Positions 8,309 to 16,927 of a stretch of DNA of 64,000 nt are shown here, piece by piece. Origin of the DNA: a virus; the IMG/VR virus record IMGVR_UViG_3300048930_000242, positions 1 to 64,000 of that record; one strand, given 5' to 3'. Position numbers and translations under genes: made by a program. Position 1 is the first letter of the stretch. Each line of letters starts with the position of its first letter. Below the pieces are notes generated by a model that saw nothing but the letters and a program-made list of their open reading frames with translations, ran no database searches and was not told the DNA's origin.

Positions 8309-9531
8309 GAAAAGAAATTCTCCACATTATGAGAGGTGAGCGACGAGTAATCATTCTGTCGATTATTGCGGATGTCCCAGAAGTAGAACTCCGGAGAGAG
8401 GTGAATGCCTCGTCCTTTCGTTGCTCCAGGTCGACCGGACTCCATGACCTCTGGATTGAAGCATCCTTTATGGTCTGTAAATCCGTCTGGCCACTTCAGG
8501 TAGTTCCAGCCCCGGAGCCGGCAACGATCTTCTAGTTTGTCCGACATATATCTACGGGCATAATCTCGTTGCGCCCAAGTGCCAGAGAAAGGCTGTAGCG
8601 GCCCATTGACCTGCTTTCCTTTCGCATTGGTGATCTTTGGAGCGAACATCACGGACAGTGAAATCGTTCTCGAATCGTCATTGATCGGGAACGGCTGGGC
8701 AATTGTAACTTCGTTGAGTTCCATTCCGAGAATCTGAGCGATGTAGTTGTTCACCAGATCATCAATGGTCTTTTCGACATCTGGGAACCGGCAAATATGA
8801 TGCCGAAGGTCGATGTTGCCGTAGTTGAAAATGCCACGGTTGAATCTCTTGGCCGCGCCTTTGAATACCGACTCAACGATCGCTTTGAATCCTCGCTTGG
8901 TCGCTCCGTGGAGAGTTTCACCTTTGCGGTAGATCAAAGCATGCCCCGGCCGCCAGCAAGAAAGTCCGTGTGAGTCGCCTAATACGAACCCATCATACCC
9001 TCCTTTGACCACCGAGTCCACCCAGGGGTCATAGAACTCTCTGGCTGCGCTGTCAGCTTCCGAATAGATCGAGTGATCCTCAAGGCGCTTACAGGCCGCC
9101 TCAAACAGTTCCAGAGTCGGAGTACCCTGCCATTCCGGCTTGCGAAGAGTGGTGGATGCTCTGTTCTTGAACTTGTCCGGGAACGGAAACTCAAGAGCGG
9201 TCGGATTCTTGCATTTCGCAATGGATTCCCAGCACTGATTGACTCCGTGAAGCCACCATTTATAGGTCTCCGGATCTTCGGACGCTCGGCCATATTCGTT
9301 CCAGTTCCATCCGCCGATCTCTGGGCCGCCGTAGGAGTCACCAAGGTGAATCAGTGTCTGGTGAATGCTTTGGTCTTGCATCAAATCCCATTGGTTGGCT
9401 GATGTGGTAACTTCGACATCACCAAATCCAAAGTCTCTCATTGCGGCGGCCATAATCTCCATACGACCGCGGAAGTGAGAGTTCCACTTGTTGGCAATAG
9501 GATTCGGCACACAAACGATAATAGATTTCAT
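8305..9531 (-). CDS. SGNH/GDSL-like protein of unknown function in the modification cluster
   Basis: VLGDSH, YGNIDLRHH, late GIHLSP His; ATGA overlaps with gp43 and the MTase. Confidence 0.5.
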   Translation of the reverse strand: MKSIIVCVPNPIANKWNSHFRGRMEIMAAAMRDFGFGDVEVTTSANQWDLMQDQSIHQTLIHLGDSYGGPEIGGWNWNEYGRASEDPETYKWWLHGVNQCWESIAKCKNPTALEFPFPDKFKNRASTTLRKPEWQGTPTLELFEAACKRLEDHSIYSEADSAAREFYDPWVDSVVKGGYDGFVLGDSHGLSCWRPGHALIYRKGETLHGATKRGFKAIVESVFKGAAKRFNRGIFNYGNIDLRHHICRFPDVEKTIDDLVNNYIAQILGMELNEVTIAQPFPINDDSRTISLSVMFAPKITNAKGKQVNGPLQPFSGTWAQRDYARRYMSDKLEDRCRLRGWNYLKWPDGFTDHKGCFNPEVMESGRPGATKGRGIHLSPEFYFWDIRNNRQNDYSSLTSHNVENFFS

Positions 9532-12101
9532 CCGAAGAAATCCTCCAAGCTCCGGTCTGGTTCAGTGAGAAGTCCAACAGCGTCGGTGATTCCTTTCAGA
9601 GGAGTCAAGAACGAGAAGTCGTACATATGCTGCCGGTCGATGAACGGCTCGATATTGAATTCTGTTGGAAGGCGAGTGAAGAAGGCGATGGTGTCGGCCT
9701 TCAATGGGTTCGGCATGTTAAGGTGAAGGTAACGGATCTTGGAACCAGGTTTGATAATCTGGTACTTGTTGTCAAGCCCCATCTTTGTAAGCCAGTGGTT
9801 GTAATAGAGGACGCCACGAATCGGAGGCTGAGCTCCTTTGCCAGGGAGGCCGTCCAATCCTTTCCATTTATCTAGCTCGGAGACTCCGCGAGGGCAAGCG
9901 ATGTCGTAGACATTCAAAGTCTCGTATTCATCACGGATTCGCTTGATCAGTGGCACCAGGCGCTCTTTGTCGTTGATGTCGCCGGTCAAAATGATCTTGA
10001 CCGCTTCGGCCAAAGCGTCTCGGCAGAACTTCGGCGTGGACGTCTGGACAAGCTGAAGACCGACGGCCTTCTGTTCCGGCTCGGCGTAGCGGACGCCTTC
10101 ATTGTCGATCACGTTCAGAGCGTACTTCTTCTTGGCCGTCCAGAAGCCCTTGTCCGAAATGGCTTCTCGCTTCATGCTGATCAGAGTCTCGCGGCACCGC
10201 ATATACTTCGCGAGCTCCTCAATAGCCGGAATGATCGCCGACTCGGTGATTCGCTCCGAGACCTTGTCCAAGAAGTCAGTGATCTCGGTTGTGGTGGCGC
10301 CTGACTTGTTCCGGAAAGACATGTCGACCAAGTCACCGAGCTCAAAGTAGACCGAGTCGGTGTCGATCGCCAAGCACCGATCCTTCGGAGGGAGATGACT
10401 CAGCACTCGGTTAAGGAACTCGTTCACACGACGCTCGATGAACTGGATCACTACCTGAGACGTCAAGGTCACGCCTTCGGCCATTCGGATGTCGAAGAAC
10501 CTGAACCACTCGTTGGCCATCGCTCCGTAGAGAGAATTCAAGAGGACCTTGATCGCGCCTTCCTTGGTCTTGTAGCTCGAGGCTTCTTTCTTCAGAGCGG
10601 CCGCTTCGGAACCGGAGTGCTTCTCGGCATCCTTCAGAAGACTCAAAGCCTTGGACTTGGTCGTCTTTCGCTCATTGAAGAGTTCGGCAACGAGGCCAGG
10701 GATGGTCGAACTCTTCGAGTGACTGAAGAGTACGCCGTTCGCCGCGACCGAGAATCCTTCTGGGCATGCTTCCACTAGAGTATTCGCCGCAGAGGTCTGC
10801 TGAACCAAGTCATTCGAGTAGTCGCGGTGTTCGCAGATCGGATTGTTCGTGACCGTCGAGGCGCACATGTTCCACTGACGGATGATCGTCGGATGCATTG
10901 AGGCTACGTCGAAAGAGACGATCCAGCGGTACATCCCAGGGATGACTTGCTTCACGTAGGCGCCAATGTATGGCTGCTTAAGTGAATGAGTAGACAGTGG
11001 AGCGGCTCGGCCGGAATCAAGGAGCTTGTTACAAATGTAGGCATCCCAGACCTTGACCGGAGAATAGACATCTTCGAGATTCACCTTTGCCGTATAGGCG
11101 ATGAACATGGCGGTCTGAATCATCTGGCGTTTGGCGTTGATCAACCAAACCAACCAGGAGTCCAAGATGTTGTAATCATTAAACTTCTGAGGATTCACAT
11201 CGTACATGTTCTGGATGGTTTCTTCGTCGGTATAGTCGATCTTTGTCGTTCCGAGCTCGACCGTGGCGATTGTGGCCAGTCGGTAATTCTCTCGCGGCTT
11301 CACCTCGAACTTCTTGTAGAGGTCTTGAAGGTCAAGCTGGGCGATTCCGTAAAGATTGACCGTAACGGCGGCATTGCCATACGAGTCTTTATACTCACGC
11401 TTGGTGACCGCTCGGAACGGAGACAGCGTCTTGGCATGAGCTTCGCCAAGCACGAAGACGATCCGATTGTAGAGGTATGGAATGTCGAATCCGCCGGAGT
11501 TCCAACCGGACACGACCATAGGATAGTTGGTTGTCCAGAAGCTCAAGTACTGCCGGAGAAGTTCCTTTTCATCGCGGCAGTGCCGGAAGATGATCTTGCT
11601 CATGAGATCCGGGTAGATCTCATTGATGAACGACTCCTTGGCCGACCACGGTGCCAATGAGAAAAGGTAGAGCTTGTCGTCCAGTGAGTCGTAATGGGAG
11701 ATCGAGAGGATCTTCTTGGCCGCCATGATCGGAGATGGGAAGCCATCGTCGGACTCCACTTCCAGGTCGAACATCGAGACCCGAGTCTTCTCGAACTGTG
11801 GATGAAGCACTTGATTAGCATAGAGCGAAGAGATCGCGTTATGCGCCCACTGGTTCTGACCATAGACCGTGAATCCGCGCTCTTGGTTCTCGTCGATGAA
11901 GTCCTTGGCCGCATTGAAGTCATCCAGCTCGACCGCTCCTAGACGAATGTTCTCGTCGAGCATCGAGGTGAACTCGCCGTTTGGCGCTTCAATGTAAAGG
12001 GTCGGCCGAAAGTCCTTGACGTCTTCTTTGCAGTCGCGGCCATGTTCATCGATGTACCGATGAAGGACCGAGTTGCCCCACTTTTGAACTGAGATGTACA
12101 T
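9528..12101 (-). CDS. gp43: Family B DNA polymerase
   Basis: ExoI FDLE, GWNSGGFDIPY, YNILD; motif A DVASMHP, B KVLLNSLYG, C DTDS, KKKYA. Confidence 0.97.
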   Translation of the reverse strand: MYISVQKWGNSVLHRYIDEHGRDCKEDVKDFRPTLYIEAPNGEFTSMLDENIRLGAVELDDFNAAKDFIDENQERGFTVYGQNQWAHNAISSLYANQVLHPQFEKTRVSMFDLEVESDDGFPSPIMAAKKILSISHYDSLDDKLYLFSLAPWSAKESFINEIYPDLMSKIIFRHCRDEKELLRQYLSFWTTNYPMVVSGWNSGGFDIPYLYNRIVFVLGEAHAKTLSPFRAVTKREYKDSYGNAAVTVNLYGIAQLDLQDLYKKFEVKPRENYRLATIATVELGTTKIDYTDEETIQNMYDVNPQKFNDYNILDSWLVWLINAKRQMIQTAMFIAYTAKVNLEDVYSPVKVWDAYICNKLLDSGRAAPLSTHSLKQPYIGAYVKQVIPGMYRWIVSFDVASMHPTIIRQWNMCASTVTNNPICEHRDYSNDLVQQTSAANTLVEACPEGFSVAANGVLFSHSKSSTIPGLVAELFNERKTTKSKALSLLKDAEKHSGSEAAALKKEASSYKTKEGAIKVLLNSLYGAMANEWFRFFDIRMAEGVTLTSQVVIQFIERRVNEFLNRVLSHLPPKDRCLAIDTDSVYFELGDLVDMSFRNKSGATTTEITDFLDKVSERITESAIIPAIEELAKYMRCRETLISMKREAISDKGFWTAKKKYALNVIDNEGVRYAEPEQKAVGLQLVQTSTPKFCRDALAEAVKIILTGDINDKERLVPLIKRIRDEYETLNVYDIACPRGVSELDKWKGLDGLPGKGAQPPIRGVLYYNHWLTKMGLDNKYQIIKPGSKIRYLHLNMPNPLKADTIAFFTRLPTEFNIEPFIDRQHMYDFSFLTPLKGITDAVGLLTEPDRSLEDFFG

Positions 12102-12129
12102 TCATGCTCCTGGTTCTACATCATAAGCC

Positions 12130-12158
12130 ATTGTATCAGAAACGAAGAAGGATAGCCA
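12130..12158 (-). promoter_or_regulatory. Promoter TGGCTA-N17-TACAAT upstream of gp43
   Basis: 17-nt spacer; shares AGTGCTGG with the promoters at 13863 and 19755. Confidence 0.6.
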
Positions 12159-12161
12159 GCA

Positions 12162-12320
12162 CTATTCGGTGTCTTGGCTATCCTTCTTGCCTTTCGCTCG
12201 TTCGGCCCGGTGAGTTCGTCTCTTTGCGAACCGCCCTGGACCTTGGCCGTGTCGATTGAACGGCCGTTTGGTCCAGTACTCATAGCCAGGAGGCTTTCCT
12301 CCCTTCTTGGTTTTGCTCAT
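12162..12320 (-). CDS. Small basic hypothetical protein
   Basis: MSKTKKGGKPPGYEYW..; start overlaps the upstream stop, GGAG SD. Confidence 0.6.
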   Translation of the reverse strand: MSKTKKGGKPPGYEYWTKRPFNRHGQGPGRFAKRRTHRAERAKGKKDSQDTE

Positions 12321-12574
12321 TAGCTCTCCAGATCTTCGACCATCCAATAGTTTGATGGTGTCTTTTGGCCCCATGGAAGACACAAAAGATTCCAACCTTC
12401 CGGCAAATCTTTCTCGGAGCGGATTGTTGCCATCACCTCAAATCCATCGCGGTGCCGGCGCATGTCTTCACGAACTATCTCTTCACGTTGAGCGAAGGCA
12501 AACTCCAAGGCCTCTTTCTCGTTGTTGGCCTTCACTACTGTTAAGAGACTAAGATGTACTCGGTACAAGGGCAT
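12320..12574 (-). CDS. Hypothetical protein
   Basis: Start trimmed to MPLYRVHL after a GGAG SD. Confidence 0.6.
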   Translation of the reverse strand: MPLYRVHLSLLTVVKANNEKEALEFAFAQREEIVREDMRRHRDGFEVMATIRSEKDLPEGWNLLCLPWGQKTPSNYWMVEDLES

Positions 12575-12578
12575 GCGG

Positions 12579-13097
12579 TTACTCCGAGAAAACGTGAGGC
12601 ACGTGAGGGACCTTAATTTCGTAAAGGTCGGACGCCGTCGAAGCAGCCCAAGCATCCGGCTTGATCTTCGGGTCGATGTTGGTCATGCCGAGCACGTAGC
12701 CACGAGCCTCAGCAAGAACCGTGTTCGACTTGAAAGCCGAGTCTGGGTTCAGGTCGAGGTGGATCTCAGTGTCGCCCATCCAAAGAGGACTGATATGCCG
12801 ATAGAGATCAACAGCCCTGTAGACCTCGTTCATCAGGCGGAGCCGGAGCGAACCAGATCGATCGATTTCGGTCGACACGTCGGCGAAGACCTTACAGCCA
12901 TTGCGACCGCCAAGGTGAAACACGGCGCAAGTGGTGTAGGAGACCTTCCAGGTCTTGTGGCCGATCAAGCGACGGCGCGAGTCTGCGCCGATGTAGAGTC
13001 GAGTGGTCAAGTCGCCGAACTCGGTGAGTTCGTACTCTTGCCGACTCTCGGCGAACTGCTTGATCTGCTCTATGAATTCATCACGGAACCAACTCAT
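12579..13097 (-). CDS. YkuK/DUF458-like RNase H-fold protein
   Basis: LYIGADS, RLMNEV, EIHLDLN, IKPDAWAASTASD. Confidence 0.8.
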   Translation of the reverse strand: MSWFRDEFIEQIKQFAESRQEYELTEFGDLTTRLYIGADSRRRLIGHKTWKVSYTTCAVFHLGGRNGCKVFADVSTEIDRSGSLRLRLMNEVYRAVDLYRHISPLWMGDTEIHLDLNPDSAFKSNTVLAEARGYVLGMTNIDPKIKPDAWAASTASDLYEIKVPHVPHVFSE

Positions 13098-13101
13098 GGT
13101 G

Positions 13102-13377
13102 TCACCTCATTTGCTGGAGGACGGCCTTCGTCTCTCCGGTGATTGTGTTGACCTCGGCAAGAACCTGGTTGCCGCAGGTCAATCGATAGATTCGTTGCGG
13201 CTTACGATGCCAACCCTTCACTGTTGCGATATACAGATTGGCATAGTAGGCCAGAGCCTCTTCGGCCTCTTTCAAGATGTCGAGAGTGGCCATCTTCGTC
13301 CACCAACTATCCATCTCTGGATAGTCTTTGTGATTCACTTGAGTCTGGAACTCGACGGTGTAGATCGGATCAGACAT
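13102..13377 (-). CDS. Hypothetical protein
   Basis: Start trimmed to MSDPIY; tightly packed operon. Confidence 0.55.
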   Translation of the reverse strand: MSDPIYTVEFQTQVNHKDYPEMDSWWTKMATLDILKEAEEALAYYANLYIATVKGWHRKPQRIYRLTCGNQVLAEVNTITGETKAVLQQMR

Positions 13378-13801
13378 CTTCACGCTCCTCGAGCTGAGCA
13401 CGGTAGGCCGAGATCTCTTCGGAGGTTGCTTCACGGAAGGTGCGCATCCCAGTCACCAAGTCGCGGTCGACCACAAAGACCGGCTCGAAATACTTCACTT
13501 CGCCATCGTACTTCAGCTGTGCGGCTTCGGACCAAGGCATCCTGGCCGTCTCCATCAAGGAGACGCCGATGACATACTCATGGCCGAACTCGTTGTTCGG
13601 CAGGAATTCATTCAACGACTCCTCCACGAAATCGAGCGAGGCGCGAAAGCCGGTGGAGTCCCAATCGGTACCTTCGAAAGCGTCTGTCATGAGCACGATG
13701 TAGTCCGAACCGCCCTTGCACTTCCAGTACGGAGCGGCGCCCGGCTCGGCGTAGTTCTCGAGGAACTGGGTGGAGACGAGGATCTTGTAGGTCTTGTTCA
13801 T
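13370..13801 (-). CDS. Hypothetical early phage protein
   Basis: TQFLENY..YWKCKGGSDYIV motif; own promoter. Confidence 0.7.
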   Translation of the reverse strand: MNKTYKILVSTQFLENYAEPGAAPYWKCKGGSDYIVLMTDAFEGTDWDSTGFRASLDFVEESLNEFLPNNEFGHEYVIGVSLMETARMPWSEAAQLKYDGEVKYFEPVFVVDRDLVTGMRTFREATSEEISAYRAQLEEREDV

Positions 13802-13834
13802 CTCGGCGAATCCTAGCTGGTTGACTATGATTGA

Positions 13835-13863
13835 ATTCTACCATAGTGGTTGGGGACTGTCCA
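13835..13863 (-). promoter_or_regulatory. Early promoter TGGACA-N17-TAGAAT
   Basis: 17-nt spacer, extended TG; leader AGTCAACCAGCYAGGA shared with the 16882 promoter. Confidence 0.75.
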
Positions 13864-13899
13864 GCACTATTTCACCGAAGATTGTAAACTATGATGCAC

Positions 13900-14135
13900 T
13901 CATGGACTTTCGACGACAGCGTTGCGGGTCGTCTTCCCAGATCGACTCTGAGTCGAGGTCATCGATTGAGGACAACGAACCACAGTCAATCGATGACCAC
14001 TCGTCGACTTGATCACATAGATCGAGCAGTCGGAGAGTTCTGGAGGAAGCACCGGGTACCTGGCTGAAGCATCCTCATAACTCGGAGTGCATCCGAAGAT
14101 CGAGAGAGCGGCGACAATGGCGAGGATCTTTTCAT
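13900..14135 (-). pseudogene. Small lipoprotein with a one-base frameshift right after the ATG
   Basis: AAGGA SD then ATG AAAA GATC; one extra A restores MKKILAIVAALSIFGC (lipobox). Confidence 0.55.
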
Positions 14136-14144
14136 GATGGTTCC

Positions 14145-14381
14145 TTAGCAAGTGATACGAGTTGGGCAATCCATACGAGGGCATACATAGCCCATGACTT
14201 CTCCATTGGCTCCGATACCACAGACTGGGCAACCTCGAGGAAACGGAGGAACCGCCTGCGGCATGTATGGCGCCGGAAGGTGAGGGATCGGCCACTGATG
14301 AAGAGCCCGATCTAGACGCTCACGCAGCTCGTTGATCTGCCTCTGGAGGTCCTCGTTTGAGCTTGGCGGTTGGTCACTCAT
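14145..14381 (-). CDS. Small coiled-coil protein with a Cys cluster
   Basis: LQRQINELRERL; CPVC...CPRMDC. Confidence 0.6.
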   Translation of the reverse strand: MSDQPPSSNEDLQRQINELRERLDRALHQWPIPHLPAPYMPQAVPPFPRGCPVCGIGANGEVMGYVCPRMDCPTRITC

Positions 14382-14910
14382 AGATCTTCACTCCGACAAT
14401 AGACATATTCGGGATCACCTTGAGACGATCACAAGGCACGAACCGAGCCTTCTGCTTCTCAACCCACTCAGGAGGAACTCCATGGAGGTTCTCGAACTGA
14501 GTGTACATGTCGACCACGCAGACGCCGCAACCTTCCATCGCCGCAGCCATCTTGAAGTACGGAGAAAGCTCGAAGTCGCGAGTGAGAGTGTTCGCGACGA
14601 TACAGATCACTCCACGATACAAAGAACTACGAACATCAAGCTGCAAGCGACTATGAGCATATCCAAGTTGAGCTGGCTCGTACTTGTATACGCCGTCACG
14701 GACGAAGAAGTCGTCGGTCTCGAAGGTCTTCACTGGTCCAGAGTCGATGTTGCACAAGATCTGTTCCTTGATCTTCTGAGCCATGGTGCTCTTGCCGGAA
14801 CCAGAAGCTCCACGGACAAGGATCAGCCCGAACTGGCCGAAGTCGACGCCATACTCAGGATCGAGAGCCCGCTTGGCGGTAGTCGCGAACAACATCTCCA
14901 TAAACGACAA
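14374..14910 (-). CDS. P-loop kinase (AAA_33 / N4BP2-like)
   Basis: VRGASGSGKST, ETDDFF, IVANT, NLHGVP. Confidence 0.85.
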   Translation of the reverse strand: MSFMEMLFATTAKRALDPEYGVDFGQFGLILVRGASGSGKSTMAQKIKEQILCNIDSGPVKTFETDDFFVRDGVYKYEPAQLGYAHSRLQLDVRSSLYRGVICIVANTLTRDFELSPYFKMAAAMEGCGVCVVDMYTQFENLHGVPPEWVEKQKARFVPCDRLKVIPNMSIVGVKIYE

Positions 14911-14930
14911 CTCCCCACTAAGTAGATTTC

Positions 14931-14959
14931 ATTCTACCATAGTAGGGAGCAGTTGTACA
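14931..14959 (-). promoter_or_regulatory. Early promoter TGTACA-N17-TAGAAT
   Basis: Shares CTATGGTAGAAT with the 13835 promoter; upstream GTAACA-GA-TGTTAC palindrome. Confidence 0.7.
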
Positions 14960-14979
14960 GTCAAGAATTGTAACAGATG

Positions 14980-15720
14980 TTACGTCTTCTTGTTCTTGGC
15001 TCCCTTCGGACGACCACCCTTCTTCTTTTCGACCACCGGCGCTTCTTCCTGGACCGCCGCCTTTGCGAGATCGGCCTTGATCTTCGTGATGGCTTCCTTA
15101 ACTACTTCCGGCTGCTTTCCGGTCAAGAGTGTCTCGATCTTCTCATCGAAGGCCTTGACTTCAGAAGCGACCGCCACTGGTGGCAGAACGATCTCTTGAG
15201 CGACGATCTGGACGTCGAACGGAACCGAATTGACTCCGAAGTCATCTCGACGGACGACCTTCAGGTTCGGCCGGTCGATCACGACCTGCTTCCCTTCATG
15301 GAAGAACAGAGCTGTCAGGATGACCGGCTCGTTCACTCGGTCCAACTTGATCTTGAAGCTGGCCGGACCGATCGCTGGATCTCGACTCAGAACTCCTTTC
15401 TTCGAGAAGGTGAAGGTCACAACATCGTCGAAAAGGTCGTGCTCGATCGCCGCTGGCTTATCACCTTCACGATGCGCTTGGCCGTGTTGGAACCAGCCTT
15501 GAATCAGAAGTGGCCTCGAGCCAGACTCGATGGTGCCGTCGAAAGCCGGCAAATCCTTGTCGCGATGAAGCTCGTTCCTGGAGTAGAACTCCTTCAGCGT
15601 TTGACCGGTCCTGGTCGAAGAGACCCGAGCGGCCGTGTCATTGTCCGGCGATTGGAGCATGCCTTGTTCGTCGCGGTAGGTCTCGACTCCCATCGCGTAA
15701 GAACGTGAAATTTTACTCAT
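14980..15720 (-). CDS. Hypothetical protein with LHR-x-D-x-PA repeats and an AT-hook-like tail
   Basis: LQSPDNDTAA, LHRDKDLPA, AHREGDKPA, LSRDPAIGPA; C-terminal KKKGGRPKG. Confidence 0.65.
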   Translation of the reverse strand: MSKISRSYAMGVETYRDEQGMLQSPDNDTAARVSSTRTGQTLKEFYSRNELHRDKDLPAFDGTIESGSRPLLIQGWFQHGQAHREGDKPAAIEHDLFDDVVTFTFSKKGVLSRDPAIGPASFKIKLDRVNEPVILTALFFHEGKQVVIDRPNLKVVRRDDFGVNSVPFDVQIVAQEIVLPPVAVASEVKAFDEKIETLLTGKQPEVVKEAITKIKADLAKAAVQEEAPVVEKKKGGRPKGAKNKKT

Positions 15721-16144
15721 TCCGATGATCTCCTTGCTTTGAATTGGTGTAGCCGTGGTAGGTTTGTTCAGCTATGATTTGCATGCTGTCGTCTGGGATC
15801 GTCTTGAGCCTTGGGTTCGCTCGGACCATCTGGAACAGAATGCTTGGGTGCTCTGGAAGAGCGCCTGATCTATCTAGGCTTGCCATGATCTCCCAAGCGA
15901 TGCCTCTGGCCCGAATCACCAAGTCGCTGAAGAACTCTGAACTCTCTTGGTTGCCTTTCTGAGGAGTTCCCATCTGGTGGTCGATCTTCTCGGAGATCTC
16001 CTTGACCGCGCGTTGAAATTCCTCTGGGTGCCTGGACGCGTAGTTCTTGACCAGAGAAGCCAAAAGGATCTCATGCCTGGATGGCCGGAGCATTGAAGTG
16101 ATCACTTGGATCGCCAGGTTCGATGCCTGCTGCTCTTCACTCAT
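15713..16144 (-). CDS. Hypothetical protein
   Basis: ORF in a packed operon. Confidence 0.6.
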   Translation of the reverse strand: MSEEQQASNLAIQVITSMLRPSRHEILLASLVKNYASRHPEEFQRAVKEISEKIDHQMGTPQKGNQESSEFFSDLVIRARGIAWEIMASLDRSGALPEHPSILFQMVRANPRLKTIPDDSMQIIAEQTYHGYTNSKQGDHRNE

Positions 16145-16317
16145 GAGAAAAAGGCCTGAAACAGAGCGATGAAGAACACCAGAGTAATGTTGAAGACGAA
16201 CGAGAACCAGGCGGCCAATCCTATGAAAAGTACGAAGGCCAAAGCCAAAAGAAACGGAGCCAGGGCGATTGCCCCGACTCCGAGAAAAATGTGTCCAATG
16301 ATCCTAAGAGCACTCAT
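16141..16317 (-). CDS. Small membrane protein (58 aa)
   Basis: Manual translation MSALRIIGHIFLGVGAIALAPFLLALAFVLFIGLAAWFSFVFNITLVFFIALFQAFFS; ATGA overlaps on both sides. Confidence 0.65.
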   Translation of the reverse strand: MSALRIIGHIFLGVGAIALAPFLLALAFVLFIGLAAWFSFVFNITLVFFIALFQAFFS

Positions 16318-16490
16318 TGCGATAGAGCCCTTTGAACTCGCCGGCTAGCGTAGTCATAAATCTTCTGTTCGATCTCCCATGGAGTAACCTTGATCGGATC
16401 ATCAACATATTTCTCGATCAGATTCATGATCTCTTGAAGAGGGTCCGGCTTAACGACAGTCGCCTTGGCGCGGGTGGTAGAAGATTTCAT
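16314..16490 (-). CDS. Small hypothetical protein (58 aa)
   Basis: Manual translation MKSSTTRAKATVVKPDPLQEIMNLIEKY...; stop/start overlaps. Confidence 0.55.
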   Translation of the reverse strand: MKSSTTRAKATVVKPDPLQEIMNLIEKYVDDPIKVTPWEIEQKIYDYASRRVQRALSQ

Positions 16491-16849
16491 CAATCAAGAG
16501 CCGCGAAGTCGGACTTCAACGGAACTCGCATGAGCTTCTCGACGAAGTTGCCGTGGTTGTAGTTCTCGACCATGATGGTCGCACGAGTGGTCAGGTCACG
16601 GACGGTGTGAGCGGCCTTGCCGTTCCAGTCGTGAAGGTCGCCGTTGTCGTCGAAGTAATCGGTGACCAACGTGTCGCCATCGATGTACGACATGCCGCGA
16701 AGGATCTCGCCGTCGTAGAGGTCGAATTCGGCATCGGAGTGAGCGTCCATGCGGAGCTTCGAGGCCGTGTTACCCGAGCTCAAGCAGAAGTCGACAACAT
16801 CGTCGGCCGAGAGTTCGGTGTCCAAGAAGCTGGTGGAGTCGATCATCAT
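16490..16849 (-). CDS. Acidic hypothetical early protein
   Basis: Follows a promoter and AGGA SD; contains DLHDWNGKAA, similar to the 14980 repeats. Confidence 0.65.
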   Translation of the reverse strand: MMIDSTSFLDTELSADDVVDFCLSSGNTASKLRMDAHSDAEFDLYDGEILRGMSYIDGDTLVTDYFDDNGDLHDWNGKAAHTVRDLTTRATIMVENYNHGNFVEKLMRVPLKSDFAALD

Positions 16850-16881
16850 GATGAATTTCCTGGCTGGTTGACTGTAGGTGT

Positions 16882-16910
16882 ATAGTACTACATTCTGAGC
16901 GGAATGTAAA
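16882..16910 (-). promoter_or_regulatory. Early promoter TTTACA-N17-TACTAT
   Basis: GTTTAC...TACTAT resembles the T4 early consensus. Confidence 0.75.
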
Positions 16911-16927
16911 CGACCATAGCACTCATT

